The notes beneath the pieces were generated by a model that was not told where the DNA came from, did no database searches, and saw only the letters and a program-made list of their open reading frames with translations. Below, piece after piece: positions 48,323 to 58,341 of a DNA stretch of 64,000 nucleotides (position 1 is its first letter; the number at the start of each line of letters is the position of its first letter). This DNA comes from an uncultured Actinomycetota bacterium (GTDB lineage: Bacteria > Actinomycetota > Actinomycetes > JAFAQI01): the NCBI GenBank assembly GCA_963770565.1, contig CAVYQE010000011.1, positions 128,001 to 192,000 of the forward strand. The letters are read 5' to 3'. The translations under genes and the position numbers were made by a program.

Positions 48323-49561
48323 ATGAGCCTCGATGCCAGCGCCTATCGGCGTCTCGATGCCTCGCTCGAGGCGGTGGACGCGCAGCTGCTGGCCGCCTAT
48401 CCGGGTGACCGCGGCACCCGCCAGCCGGTGCACACCGTCTACGTCCCGGCCGACCGAGTCAGCGCCGGACTGCCGTGGGAGTGGGGTGCCCTGGCTTCGG
48501 CCGCGCTCGACGAGCATCTCCCGGACCCGGCGGCACTCGCCGACCTGCTCGCGGTCGGACCAGGTCTGGCCGCCGAGGTGCTGCCCCGGGTGCGGGCAAA
48601 GCTTGCCACCGAGCCGATCGAGGACCTGCGAGTCGACTTCGAGGACGGCTACGGACCTCGCCCGGACGCCGAGGAGGACGGCGCCGCGAGCACCGCGGCC
48701 GAAGCGCTGGCCGGAACCGACCTGCCGTTCTGCGGGATTCGCTTCAAGAGCCTCGAGCCGGCGACCCGGCGGCGCGGGATCCACACGATCGACCTCTTCC
48801 TAGGCGCGCTGCTCGGCAGCTCGCCGCTGCCGGCCGGCTTCGTCGTCACGCTGCCGAAGGTCACGCATGTCGGTCAGGTGCAGGCATTCGCCGAGGTGTG
48901 TACGGCGCTGGAGGAGGAGCACGGGCTGGCGCCGGGTGCGCTGCGGTTCGAGATCCAGATCGAGACGCCGCAGGCGATTCTCGCGGCCGACGGCACCGCC
49001 GCAGTCGCTCGGATGGTGCACTCGGGCGCCGGCCGGGTGGTCGGCCTGCATTACGGCACGTACGACTACAGCGCGGCGTGCGGGGTGGCCGCGCCGTACC
49101 AGAGCTTGGATCATGCGGTCGCCGACCACGCGAAGGCGGTCATGCAGCTTGCCGCGGCCGGCACCGGCGTGCGCCTCAGCGATGGCTCGACCAACGTGCT
49201 TCCGGTCGGCGATGCGGCCGACATCCGGTCGGCCTGGCGAGTCCATGCCGGCCTCGTCAGGCGTTCGCTGGAGCGGGCCTTCTACCAGGGCTGGGACCTG
49301 CATCCGCTGCAGCTGGTGAGCCGGTACGCCGCGACGTACGCCTTCTACCGGGACGGCATGCCGGTTGCGTGTGACCGGCTGCGGGCCTATCTCGAGCGGG
49401 CCGAGCACGGTGTGCTCGACGAACCGGCGACCGCGCAAGGCATGGCCGCGCTGCTGGTGCGCGGCGTGCAGTGCGGTGCGCTCGACGAGGCCGAAGTGAC
49501 CGAGCGTGCCGGGGTCGGCGTGAGCGAACTTGACGGCTTGTATCGGCGGCAGGTCCGTTGA
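48323..49561 (+). CDS. Citrate-lyase-beta/HpcH aldolase-fold protein of unknown function (DUF6986-like)
   Basis: RVDFEDGYG, TLPKV, QIETP, HYGTYDY, DGSTN and GWDLHP.Q. Confidence 0.75.
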   Translation: MSLDASAYRRLDASLEAVDAQLLAAYPGDRGTRQPVHTVYVPADRVSAGLPWEWGALASAALDEHLPDPAALADLLAVGPGLAAEVLPRVRAKLATEPIEDLRVDFEDGYGPRPDAEEDGAASTAAEALAGTDLPFCGIRFKSLEPATRRRGIHTIDLFLGALLGSSPLPAGFVVTLPKVTHVGQVQAFAEVCTALEEEHGLAPGALRFEIQIETPQAILAADGTAAVARMVHSGAGRVVGLHYGTYDYSAACGVAAPYQSLDHAVADHAKAVMQLAAAGTGVRLSDGSTNVLPVGDAADIRSAWRVHAGLVRRSLERAFYQGWDLHPLQLVSRYAATYAFYRDGMPVACDRLRAYLERAEHGVLDEPATAQGMAALLVRGVQCGALDEAEVTERAGVGVSELDGLYRRQVR

Positions 49562-49586
49562 CGCGGTCGTCGCAAAGGCTGGGCCC

Positions 49587-50915
49587 GTGAGCCTCGACCT
49601 GCTGGTCCGGGCTCGGCACGCGGTGCTGCCGGACGGCGACCGTGCGTGCAGCCTCGGGGTGCGCGAAGGGCGGATCGTCTCGATCGGGTCGCTGGCCGAC
49701 GCGAGCGCGGCCGCGCAGGTCATCGAGCTGGCTGATGACGAGGTGCTGCTCCCCGGTTTGGTCGACACCCACGTGCACGTCAACGAGCCAGGCCGGACCG
49801 ACTGGGAGGGTTTCGCCTCGGCGACCGCAGCCGCGGCGGCAGGCGGCATCACGACGATCGTCGACATGCCGCTCAACAGCATTCCGCCGACCTGCGACGT
49901 CGCGTCGCTCACCGTGAAGCGCGAGGTTGCGGCCGGCCAGTGTGCGATCGACGTCGGCTTCTGGGGCGGTGCGATCCCGGGAAACCTGGCCGCGCTCCGC
50001 CCGATGTACGACGCCGGGGTGTTCGGGTTCAAGTGTTTCCTGCTGCCGAGCGGGGTCGAGGAGTTCCCACCGCTCGATGACGCCGGGCTGCAGGGCACGA
50101 TGGGCGAGATCGCCTCGTTCGGAAGCCTGCTGATCGTGCACGCCGAGGACGCCGGCATCGTCATCGATGCGCCGCACGACCGCCGCTATGACAGGTTCCT
50201 CGAGTCGCGTCCGGCGGAGGCTGAGAACCGCGCCATCGCCCGGGTGATCGAGCTGTCGCGGACCACCGGCTGCCCGGTCCACGTGTTGCACCTGTCCAGT
50301 GCGGGCGCGCTGCCGATGATCGCTGCGGCCCGGGCGAGCGGGGTCCGGCTGACGGTCGAGACCTGCCCGCACTACCTCTGCTTCGAGTCGGGCGCGATTG
50401 CCGACGGCGCGACACAGTTCAAGTGCTGCCCGCCGATCCGGGACGAGGCGAATCGTGACGCACTCTGGCAGGGGCTGCGGGCGGGCGTGATCGACTGCAT
50501 CGTGTCCGACCACTCGCCGTGCACCGCGGATCTGAAGCGCTTGGACACGGGCGACTTCGGCGCGGCGTGGGGTGGGATCGCGTCAGTCCAGCTCGGCCTG
50601 CCGGCGGTGTGGACCGAGGCGCGCACGCGCGGGTTCGCGGTCGCGGATGTCGTCGGGTGGATGGCGCTGCGCCCGGCCGAGCTGGTCGGGTTGGCGGCCA
50701 AGGGAGCGCTCACGGTTGGGTCTGACGCGGACTTCTCTGTCTTCGCGCCGGATGCGGAGTTCGTGGTGGATGCCGGCCGGCTCGAGCACAAGAACCCGAT
50801 CACCCCGTACGCCGGCCGCACGCTGTCCGGGGTGGTTCGCTCGACCTGGCTGCGCGGCGCGTGTATCAACAGTGACAGCCCCGCGGGTCGCCTGCTGAGC
50901 CGAGGAGAGGCATGA
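49587..50915 (+). CDS. allB: Allantoinase
   Basis: PGLVDTHVHVNEPGRTDWEGF, DMPLNSIP, ETCPHYL, FKCCPPIR and SDHSP. Confidence 0.93.
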   Translation: MSLDLLVRARHAVLPDGDRACSLGVREGRIVSIGSLADASAAAQVIELADDEVLLPGLVDTHVHVNEPGRTDWEGFASATAAAAAGGITTIVDMPLNSIPPTCDVASLTVKREVAAGQCAIDVGFWGGAIPGNLAALRPMYDAGVFGFKCFLLPSGVEEFPPLDDAGLQGTMGEIASFGSLLIVHAEDAGIVIDAPHDRRYDRFLESRPAEAENRAIARVIELSRTTGCPVHVLHLSSAGALPMIAAARASGVRLTVETCPHYLCFESGAIADGATQFKCCPPIRDEANRDALWQGLRAGVIDCIVSDHSPCTADLKRLDTGDFGAAWGGIASVQLGLPAVWTEARTRGFAVADVVGWMALRPAELVGLAAKGALTVGSDADFSVFAPDAEFVVDAGRLEHKNPITPYAGRTLSGVVRSTWLRGACINSDSPAGRLLSRGEA

Positions 50916-52051
50916 GCCCAGACGAAGTCGCGCCACCTTACCCACGCGTGCTCCCCGATCTCGCCTCACGGGCACTCGGTGGCAGCGTGATAGATGCCAA
51001 CGACGAGTTCTTCGCCGATCGGGAGAACCTGATCACGCCGGAGCTGCCCACCTTCCACCCGCACACGTTCGGCCGCAAAGGCCAGATCATGGACGGCTGG
51101 GAGACCCGCCGGCGGCGTGCGGTGGGCAGCGACTACGCGATCGTCCGGCTCGGGTGCGCCGGCCTCATCCGGCGAATCGTCGTCGACACCTCTTTCTTTA
51201 CCGGTAACTACCCGCCCGAGGTGTCGATCGATGGGTGCGGGATGGAGGGCTATCCGGCGCCCGCCGCGGTCGCCTCGGCGGACTGGACGTCGATCGTGGC
51301 GCGCAGCCCGATCGCCGGCGACACCGTGAACGAGTTCGAGGTAGCGGCGTCGGAGCGCTTCACGCATGTCCGGCTGACGATCTTCCCGGACGGTGGAGTT
51401 GCGCGCCTTCGGGTGTACGGCGAGATCGTGCCCGACCCGCGGGTGGTGCCGGCCACGTTCGACCTCGCGGCGATCGAGGTCGGTGGGTGGGTCACCGGAT
51501 GCAGCAATCTGTTCTATTCGTCGCCGAACAACCTGATCATGCCCGGCCTGGCCCGATCGATGGGCGACGGGTGGGAGACCTCGCGCCGCCGCGACGACGG
51601 CAACGACTGGGTCGAGGTGCAACTCGGGTGCGCCGGCCGGATCGAGCTCGCCGAGCTCGACACCTCGTGCTTCATCGGCAACGCGCCGGGCTGGGCCAGC
51701 CTCAGCGCCGGCGCGAATTGCGTGTTGCTGGAGCGTGCGGCCCTGACGCCGGACACCCGACACCGGTTCCCGCTGAGCACCGACGCCTTGGTCGAGCAGG
51801 TGCGGATGGATATCTATCCCGACGGCGGGATGGCCCGGCTTCGGCTCTTCGGGACACCGGAGGCGCCGGCGCGCACCGCGCTCGCGCAACGGTTCGTGGC
51901 GAGCCTGCCCGAGCCGCATCTCGTCGATGTTCTGGTTGCGGCCGGAGTGCATCGAGATGAGGCACAACGCATGGCCGGGGCGCGGCCGATCGTGGTGGCC
52001 GAGCTCCCTGACACGGTCCGGAACCGGCTCGCCGGGATCCGCGGCGCGTAA
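50912..52051 (+). CDS. alc: Allantoicase
   Basis: Duplicated DGWET.RRR and PDGG.ARLR motifs. Confidence 0.93.
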   Translation: MSPDEVAPPYPRVLPDLASRALGGSVIDANDEFFADRENLITPELPTFHPHTFGRKGQIMDGWETRRRRAVGSDYAIVRLGCAGLIRRIVVDTSFFTGNYPPEVSIDGCGMEGYPAPAAVASADWTSIVARSPIAGDTVNEFEVAASERFTHVRLTIFPDGGVARLRVYGEIVPDPRVVPATFDLAAIEVGGWVTGCSNLFYSSPNNLIMPGLARSMGDGWETSRRRDDGNDWVEVQLGCAGRIELAELDTSCFIGNAPGWASLSAGANCVLLERAALTPDTRHRFPLSTDALVEQVRMDIYPDGGMARLRLFGTPEAPARTALAQRFVASLPEPHLVDVLVAAGVHRDEAQRMAGARPIVVAELPDTVRNRLAGIRGA

Positions 52052-52566
52052 TGGCCGACAGCTGGCTGGCCACTCTCAACGACGGCGCCGATGACGAACA
52101 GGTGGCCACGGCGCTGGCTGCATGCTGCAGCTCGCAGCGGTGGGTCGAGCGGGTCCTCGCCGGGCGTCCGTACCCGGATGAGGAGGCCTTGCTGGCGAGC
52201 TCGGATGCCGCGATCGCGTCGCTTGACGACGCCGCGCTCGCCGAGGCGCTCGCCGGGCATCCCCGGATCGGTGCGGCGCCGGCCGGTGCAGCTCATGACT
52301 GGTCGCGACGGGAGCAGTCCGGCGTCAGCTCTGCGCCGGCCGCCGTACTCGAAGACATCGCGGCGGCCAATGCCGACTACGAGCGACGGTTCGGGCAGGT
52401 CTACCTGGTCTGCGCGACCGGGAAGTCCGCCGACGAGCTGCTGGCGATCTGTCGATCACGGCTGGCGAACGATCCGGTCACGGAGGAGGGCGTCGTGCGG
52501 GCCGAGCTGGCCAAGATCACCCGGATCCGGCTGGGCCGGCTGTTGCGCCCTTACGATGCACCGTGA
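52051..52566 (+). CDS. uraD: OHCU decarboxylase
   Basis: HPRIG, SRREQ, N..YE.RFG and ELAKI..IRL. Confidence 0.9.
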   Translation: MADSWLATLNDGADDEQVATALAACCSSQRWVERVLAGRPYPDEEALLASSDAAIASLDDAALAEALAGHPRIGAAPAGAAHDWSRREQSGVSSAPAAVLEDIAAANADYERRFGQVYLVCATGKSADELLAICRSRLANDPVTEEGVVRAELAKITRIRLGRLLRPYDAP

Positions 52567-52889
52567 GCGTTTCCACCCACGTCCTCGACAGTGTGACCGG
52601 CCGCCCAGCGGCCGGCGTTTCCGTCCTCCTCGAGCGGGGCGTCGAGCACGACTGGGAGCAGGTCGGTGCCGACACCACCGACGAGGGCGGCCGGATCGGC
52701 GCGTTCGGCGAGGTGTCGGCCGGCGTACACCGGATCACCTTCGACACCGGCGCCTACTACGCGGCGCTCGGGGTCGAGACGTTCTACCCGCAGGTCACCG
52801 TCGTCTTCGAGGTGACCGACGCCGGGCGGCATCACCACGTGCCATTGCTGCTGAGCCCGTTCGCCTACTCGACCTATCTTGGGAGCTAG
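52563..52889 (+). CDS. uraH: 5-hydroxyisourate hydrolase
   Basis: STHVLD...GRPA and HVPLLLSPFAYSTY(L)GS. Confidence 0.92.
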   Translation: MSVSTHVLDSVTGRPAAGVSVLLERGVEHDWEQVGADTTDEGGRIGAFGEVSAGVHRITFDTGAYYAALGVETFYPQVTVVFEVTDAGRHHHVPLLLSPFAYSTYLGS

Positions 52890-52895
52890 CCATCC

Positions 52896-53792
52896 ATGGC
52901 CGTGACGTTCGGGGACAACCAGTACGGCAAGGCGGAGGTCCGCTTGGTGCGGGTCACCCGCGAGGGCGACCGGCACGACCTCAAGGACGTCAATGTCTCC
53001 ACCGCGTTGCGTGGTGACTTCGCGGCGGCGCATCTGCACGGCGACAACTCGCACGTGGTCGCTACCGATACGCAGAAGAACACGGTCTTCGCCTTTGCGC
53101 AGCAGTTCGGTGTGGGCGCCATCGAGGACTTCGCGCTCCGGCTCGGGAGGCATTTCGTGGACTCCTTCGACTGGGTGACCGGCGCCAAGGTCACGATCGA
53201 GGAATACAACTGGGACCGGATCGCCGTCGACGGCGTGCCGCACGAGCACTCCTTCTCGCGCGCGGATGCCGGCACCCGCACCACGGTCGCGACCATCGAG
53301 GGCTCGGCCGCCTGGGTGGTGTCAGGGATTTCGAACCTCGTGGTCCTGAAGACGACCGGTTCGGAGTTCACCGGGTTCCCGCGGGACCGCTACACCACTC
53401 TTCCCGAGGACCGTGACCGGATCCTCGCCACCGCGATCACGGCCCGGTGGCGCTATGCGGCCGTCGACGGCATCGACTGGGACATCAGCTTCTCCGAGGT
53501 GCAGCGAACCCTGTTGGCGTCGTTCGCCCGCAAGCAGAGCCTCGCCCTGCAGCAGTCGCTGTACTGCATGGGGGAGCAGGTGCTGCTCGCCCGCCCGGAG
53601 GTAGCCGAGATCAAGATGTCGATGCCCAACAAACACCACTTCCTCGTCGACCTTGCGCCGTTCGACCTGCCCAACGAGCGCGAGGTGTATTACGCGGCGG
53701 ACCGTCCGTACGGTCTGATCGAAGGCACCGTTGCGCGCGACGACGCACCCGAGCCAGGCCTGGCCTGGCAGAGCATCCCGGGCTTCTGCTGA
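52896..53792 (+). CDS. pucL: Urate oxidase (uricase)
   Basis: YGKAEVR, TDTQKNT, LKTTGSEF, PNKHH and PYGLIEG. Confidence 0.93.
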   Translation: MAVTFGDNQYGKAEVRLVRVTREGDRHDLKDVNVSTALRGDFAAAHLHGDNSHVVATDTQKNTVFAFAQQFGVGAIEDFALRLGRHFVDSFDWVTGAKVTIEEYNWDRIAVDGVPHEHSFSRADAGTRTTVATIEGSAAWVVSGISNLVVLKTTGSEFTGFPRDRYTTLPEDRDRILATAITARWRYAAVDGIDWDISFSEVQRTLLASFARKQSLALQQSLYCMGEQVLLARPEVAEIKMSMPNKHHFLVDLAPFDLPNEREVYYAADRPYGLIEGTVARDDAPEPGLAWQSIPGFC

Positions 53793-55144
53793 TGGCCAGC
53801 GTCGTCATCGACGGGTGTGCCGTCGCCACCGTGGATGCCGCCGGCACCGAGTACGACAGCGGCTACGTCGTCGTCACCGACGGGCGGATCGCCGCGGTCG
53901 GCGGCGGCCCGGCGCCCGATGTCGCCGATGCCCGGCGCGTCGATGGAACGGGCTGCCTGGCAACGCCCGGTCTGGTCAACACCCATCACCACCTCTACCA
54001 ACGGCTGACCCGCGGGCGGGCCCAGGACAACACGCTGTTCGAGTGGCTGGTCGCGCTGTATCCGATCTGGGGCCAGCTCGACGCGGAGCTCGAGTACGCC
54101 GCGGCCGCCGCCGGACTCGCCACCCTTGCGCTGTCCGGTTGCACCACGTCCACCGATCATCACTACGTCTTTCCGCACGCAGGCGGCGATGTGCTCGGTG
54201 CGGAGATCGAGGCGGCCGCCCGGATCGGGCTCCGATTCCATCCCTGCCGTGGCTCGATGGACCTCGGTCAGTCACAGGGCGGCTTACCGCCCGACCATGT
54301 CGTCGAGGACCGCGACGCGATCCTGGCTGCCTGTGAGGACGCGGTCCACCGCCATCACGACCCGGCGTTCGACTCGATGGTGCGGATCGCGCTCGCGCCG
54401 TGCTCGCCGTTCTCGGTGACCGGGGAGCTGATGCGAGAGTCGGCCGAGCTGGCCCGTCGGCTCGGAGTGCGGATGCACACCCACCTGGCCGAGACGAGCG
54501 ATGAAGACGACTTCTGCAACGAGAACTTCGGTTGCCGTCCGGTCGAGTACATCGAGTCGCTCGGTTGGCTGGGTGACGACGTCTGGCTGGCGCACTGCGT
54601 GCATCTCAACGAACCCGACATCGCCAAGCTGGCCGCGACGGGGACCGGCACCGCGCACTGCCCGAGTTCGAACGGCCGGCTCGGCGCGGGCATCGCTCCG
54701 GTGCCTGAATTGCTGGGCGCCGGCGCACCGGTCGGACTCGGGGTCGATGGTCCGGCGTCGAACGAACACGGTGGTCTCGCCGGTGAACTGCGCCAAGCGA
54801 TGCTTGCCGCACGTGCGCGACGCGGCCCGACCGCGCTGACCGCACGTCAGTCGCTGGCAATCGGCACCGCTGGTGGCGCGCGCTGCCTCGGGCGCCAGGA
54901 CGAGATCGGTTCGCTGGAGCCCGGCAAGCTCGGCGACGTCGCGCTCTGGCGTCTCGACGGGCTCGGACACGCTGATATCGCCGACCCGGTATGTGCGCTG
55001 GTCTTCGGGCCACCCGCGCCGTTGGAATTGCTGCTCGTCGGTGGCAACCCGGTCGTCGACGGCGGCGAGCTGCGGACCGCGGACGTCCGGACCCTCGCGC
55101 ACGAGTCCGGGGCGGCCGCGCGGGAGCTTGCTCGCCGGGTCTAG
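53792..55144 (+). CDS. 8-oxoguanine deaminase-like amidohydrolase
   Basis: PGLVNTHHHLYQ, DHHY, APCSPFSV, HTHLAET and GVDG.ASNE. Confidence 0.88.
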   Translation: MASVVIDGCAVATVDAAGTEYDSGYVVVTDGRIAAVGGGPAPDVADARRVDGTGCLATPGLVNTHHHLYQRLTRGRAQDNTLFEWLVALYPIWGQLDAELEYAAAAAGLATLALSGCTTSTDHHYVFPHAGGDVLGAEIEAAARIGLRFHPCRGSMDLGQSQGGLPPDHVVEDRDAILAACEDAVHRHHDPAFDSMVRIALAPCSPFSVTGELMRESAELARRLGVRMHTHLAETSDEDDFCNENFGCRPVEYIESLGWLGDDVWLAHCVHLNEPDIAKLAATGTGTAHCPSSNGRLGAGIAPVPELLGAGAPVGLGVDGPASNEHGGLAGELRQAMLAARARRGPTALTARQSLAIGTAGGARCLGRQDEIGSLEPGKLGDVALWRLDGLGHADIADPVCALVFGPPAPLELLLVGGNPVVDGGELRTADVRTLAHESGAAARELARRV

Positions 55145-55149
55145 TGCCC

Positions 55150-55237
55150 GTGCCAAGCAATGTCACATTGCCCCCACCTTTGTGGGGGCAATGTGACAGC
55201 ACCCCCCGGATTGGCTGGGCAATGTGACATTGCTTGG
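55150..55237. repeat. Palindromic intergenic repeat element, copy 2
   Basis: 21-bp terminal inverted repeats CCAAGCAATGTCACATTGCCC and three ATGT(C/G)ACA cores 31 nt apart. Confidence 0.85.
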
Positions 55238-55358
55238 GGGCACCAGCCTCTGGCCGATGTGCGCCAGGGACCTTCGGCACTGGACCGCAGGTTTGGTGAG
55301 GTCCAGGATGCGGTAAGAGCGACAGCTCCGGAGCACGCGAGCAGTCAGGAGTTCCTGA

Positions 55359-56000
55359 GTGACCGGATCGGTGCCCGATGTGGGCTACGCCGTACGAATG
55401 CAGGTCGATGTACCCGAGGCGCCGCTCAACCGGCTCACCACCGCGTTTCGGATCGTCGTGGCGATCCCCATTCTGATCGTTCTCTCGCTCGTGAACAGCG
55501 CCTCGATGTCGTGGAGCAACAATGGCCAGAGCCACGGACTGGCCGCGGTCGGCGGACTGCTGTTCTTTGGCCCGCTGGTGATGATTCTCTTCCGGCAGAA
55601 GTACCCACGCTGGTGGTTCGACTGGAACGTCGCACTTCTGCGCTTCATCAACCGCGTCGGCATCTACATGCTGTTGCTGCGCGATGAGTACCCCTCGACC
55701 GATGCCGAGCAGGCGCTTCATCTCGACATTGACTACCCCGACGTGCCCAACGACCTGAACCGCTGGCTGCCGCTGGTGAAGTGGTTCCTCGCCATTCCCC
55801 ACTACGTCGTGCTCTTTTTCTTGACGATCGGGGTCGTCGTTGCGGTCATCATCGCGTGGTTCGCGATCCTGTTCACCGGTCGGTATCCGGCCGGGCTCTT
55901 CGACTTCGTCGTCGGGGTGATGCGCTGGCACAACCGTGTCATCGGCTACGCATACATTCTCGTCACCGACCGCTACCCGCCGTTCAGTCTCAGCGCGTGA
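55359..56000 (+). CDS. DUF4389-like membrane protein
   Basis: Duplicated LNR..., ILF..KYP/RYP and DEYP/DRYPPF motifs. Confidence 0.82.
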   Translation: MTGSVPDVGYAVRMQVDVPEAPLNRLTTAFRIVVAIPILIVLSLVNSASMSWSNNGQSHGLAAVGGLLFFGPLVMILFRQKYPRWWFDWNVALLRFINRVGIYMLLLRDEYPSTDAEQALHLDIDYPDVPNDLNRWLPLVKWFLAIPHYVVLFFLTIGVVVAVIIAWFAILFTGRYPAGLFDFVVGVMRWHNRVIGYAYILVTDRYPPFSLSA

Positions 56001-56022
56001 CTGTGATCGAGGAGTTGGCCTG

Positions 56023-56226
56023 ATGGCGAGAGACACCGCCGGCCGGAACAGGCGGGCCGCCAGAAACAGCGGGGCCGGCGGGATCTGGTTCCTCGGCTTC
56101 ATCGGCGCGCTCGTGTACTACCTGCACTACCACTCCGGCACCTTCTGGCTGGTCGTTCTCGCGTTCCTGAAGGCGTTCGTCTGGCCGGCGTTCCTCGTCT
56201 ACCACCTGCTGCAGCTGCACGGGTAG
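56023..56226 (+). CDS. Small membrane protein
   Basis: RBS GAGGAG; GGIWFLGFIGALVYY...LKAFVWPAFLVY. Confidence 0.7.
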   Translation: MARDTAGRNRRAARNSGAGGIWFLGFIGALVYYLHYHSGTFWLVVLAFLKAFVWPAFLVYHLLQLHG

Positions 56227-56246
56227 ACGAGATCGAACGGGCCTCG

Positions 56247-56903
56247 ATGCGTTTCCGGGACCGCGTCGATGCGGGTCAGCGGCTCGCTCAAGTGCTGATC
56301 CCGTGGCGCGACGAGTCGCCCGTCGTCCTGGGTCTGCCGCGCGGAGGTGTCCCCGTCGCCGCCGAGGTCGCCCGCGGGCTCGATGCCCCGCTGGACGTGC
56401 TCGTGGTGCGCAAGCTCGGCCTGCCCGTGCAGCCGGAACTAGCGATGGGGGCGATCGGTGAGGGCGGGGTGCGAGTCATCAACGAGACGGTCGTCTACCG
56501 GGCGGGCGTGTCCGATGCCGAACTGGCCCGGGTGGAAGGCATCGAGCAGGTCGAGCTGGATCGGCAGGCCAGTCGCTTTCGTGGCGACCGTCCGCCGGTG
56601 CCGCTGGCCGGCCGCACTGCATTGATCGTCGACGACGGGATCGCGACCGGGTCGACCGCTCTGGTGGCCGTTCAGGTGGCGCGAGCGTTCGGGGCGGCGC
56701 GGGTCGTGGTGGCGGCACCGGTCGCTGCGCCGAGCTCGGTCCGGGACATTCGCTCGATCGCCGACGATGTCGTATGCCTCGAAACCCCGATCGCATTCGC
56801 GGCGGTCGGACAGTGGTACGACGACTTCCGGCCGACCACCGACGACGACGTGATCCGGTGTCTTCGGTCCGCCCGGGTGGACGGGCCCTCAACCGCTCAG
56901 TAA
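56247..56903 (+). CDS. Phosphoribosyltransferase family protein
   Basis: FRDRVDAG, LPRGGVPV, IVDDGIATG and AVGQWY.DF. Confidence 0.9.
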   Translation: MRFRDRVDAGQRLAQVLIPWRDESPVVLGLPRGGVPVAAEVARGLDAPLDVLVVRKLGLPVQPELAMGAIGEGGVRVINETVVYRAGVSDAELARVEGIEQVELDRQASRFRGDRPPVPLAGRTALIVDDGIATGSTALVAVQVARAFGAARVVVAAPVAAPSSVRDIRSIADDVVCLETPIAFAAVGQWYDDFRPTTDDDVIRCLRSARVDGPSTAQ

Positions 56904-57653
56904 TGCCCCGGCGTCGGCGATCTGGCCGGGCAGGCCCAGCACGTCGAGGATCTTCCACGTCGTGGCGGTAGCGGCGGAGAGGACTGGCCGGTTGAGTTCG
57001 GTCTCGACCGTTGCGATGCTGGCGAGCGACGGCATCTGGACGCAGGCCGAAAGGATGACCACGTCGGCGCGTGCAAGGTCGAGCTGGCGGGCGAGCCCGG
57101 GGAGTTGCGACGGGGGGAGCTGGGCGACCTTCAGGTTGTCATCGACGCCGAGACTGATCGAGTCGCACACGTCGATGCCCGCGCTGTTCAAGCCGGCGAG
57201 CACGGCATCAGTGAGGGCCGGCAGGTACGGCGTGACCACGGCCACGGTTCGGGCCCCGAGGTGCTTGACCGCCTCGACGAGTGCGCCCGCGCTGGAGATG
57301 ACCGGAGTCTCGCGGTCATCGGTGCGGGCCGCCAGCCGCAGGTCCGCTTCGATCGCCCGGTAACCACGGGAGTCGATCATCGTTGCGACCAGGCAGGCGT
57401 ATGCGATGACATCGCAGGCGGCATCTGCGAGCGCCGCCGCCGCGTCGGCGCCCTGAGCGTTCATCGCGGCGAGCTCGGCCGGCTCCACCCGCTTCATCCG
57501 CACCCGCGACGAGTGGAAGGTGAAGCGTTCAGGCTTCGCCTGCTCGCGGCGATGCAGCATCGCGGGTATCTCGGTCTCCATCGTGACGTTTGAGCTCGGC
57601 ACGATCAGACCGACCCGAATCGCCTGAGTGGCAGGGTCGTCCGGGGTGCTCAC
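56889..57653 (-). CDS. Maleate cis-trans isomerase (Asp/Glu racemase family, NicE-like)
   Basis: IVPSSNVTMETE, YACLVA and SACVQMPS (two catalytic Cys). Confidence 0.85.
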   Translation of the reverse strand: MSTPDDPATQAIRVGLIVPSSNVTMETEIPAMLHRREQAKPERFTFHSSRVRMKRVEPAELAAMNAQGADAAAALADAACDVIAYACLVATMIDSRGYRAIEADLRLAARTDDRETPVISSAGALVEAVKHLGARTVAVVTPYLPALTDAVLAGLNSAGIDVCDSISLGVDDNLKVAQLPPSQLPGLARQLDLARADVVILSACVQMPSLASIATVETELNRPVLSAATATTWKILDVLGLPGQIADAGALLSG

Positions 57654-57654
57654 C

Positions 57655-58308
57655 TCAGCTCGTACGGCGGCCGGTGCCCGCCAGCCCTGAGCCGACCGCG
57701 TCGCCGGGCTCGACGGACTCGAGATCGTCCAACGAGACCATCGCGGCCTTCAGCAGGGGGACGGCGAGGCGGCTCGCCTCAGGCACCCTGATCCGATCGA
57801 CCATGTACTGATGTTTGGCCCGGGCCTGACCGATCCCGCACTCGCCGGTGATCACCCACGACCTGACCACGTCCTGCAGCGTCTCGAGGAACGACAGCGA
57901 GTCGGCGGCCTGCAGGAGATCCGCGCCCTCGAGGCCGCCGAACTCGTGCAGGGTGATGAGCCGGCGCAGCTCGGCGCGCGACAGCCCGTCCGCGGCGTCG
58001 CTGTTCTCGTGCACCCAGACCCCGACGACCTCGGCGGACCGGCGGCCGTGCGCGTAGAGATAGTCAGGGTCGTCCCAGCGTCCGGTCGCACGGTCGAACA
58101 CCGGTCCGCCCGGAAACATTCGCTCGATGTCGTGGGTGACTGCGGCCAGCCTGAGCTCGAGCGAGGCGTCCGGATCGAGCCGGACCACCCAGTCCCGGGC
58201 GCGTTCGAGGTGCAGCGCCTGGCTGAACGGCGCGATCCACGCAATCGCTCGCCGCTCGATTTCAGTGCTCGCGTCTATCCGCGGCGCCTCGTCACTGATG
58301 TCGGTCAA
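57655..58308 (-). CDS. HD-domain protein (DUF4202-like)
   Basis: H...LAAVTHDIER...H...HE...ADSLSFLE. Confidence 0.7.
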   Translation of the reverse strand: MTDISDEAPRIDASTEIERRAIAWIAPFSQALHLERARDWVVRLDPDASLELRLAAVTHDIERMFPGGPVFDRATGRWDDPDYLYAHGRRSAEVVGVWVHENSDAADGLSRAELRRLITLHEFGGLEGADLLQAADSLSFLETLQDVVRSWVITGECGIGQARAKHQYMVDRIRVPEASRLAVPLLKAAMVSLDDLESVEPGDAVGSGLAGTGRRTS

Positions 58309-58341
58309 CTCGCACTCCCTCCCGACGTGCTGGTCGCGGGC

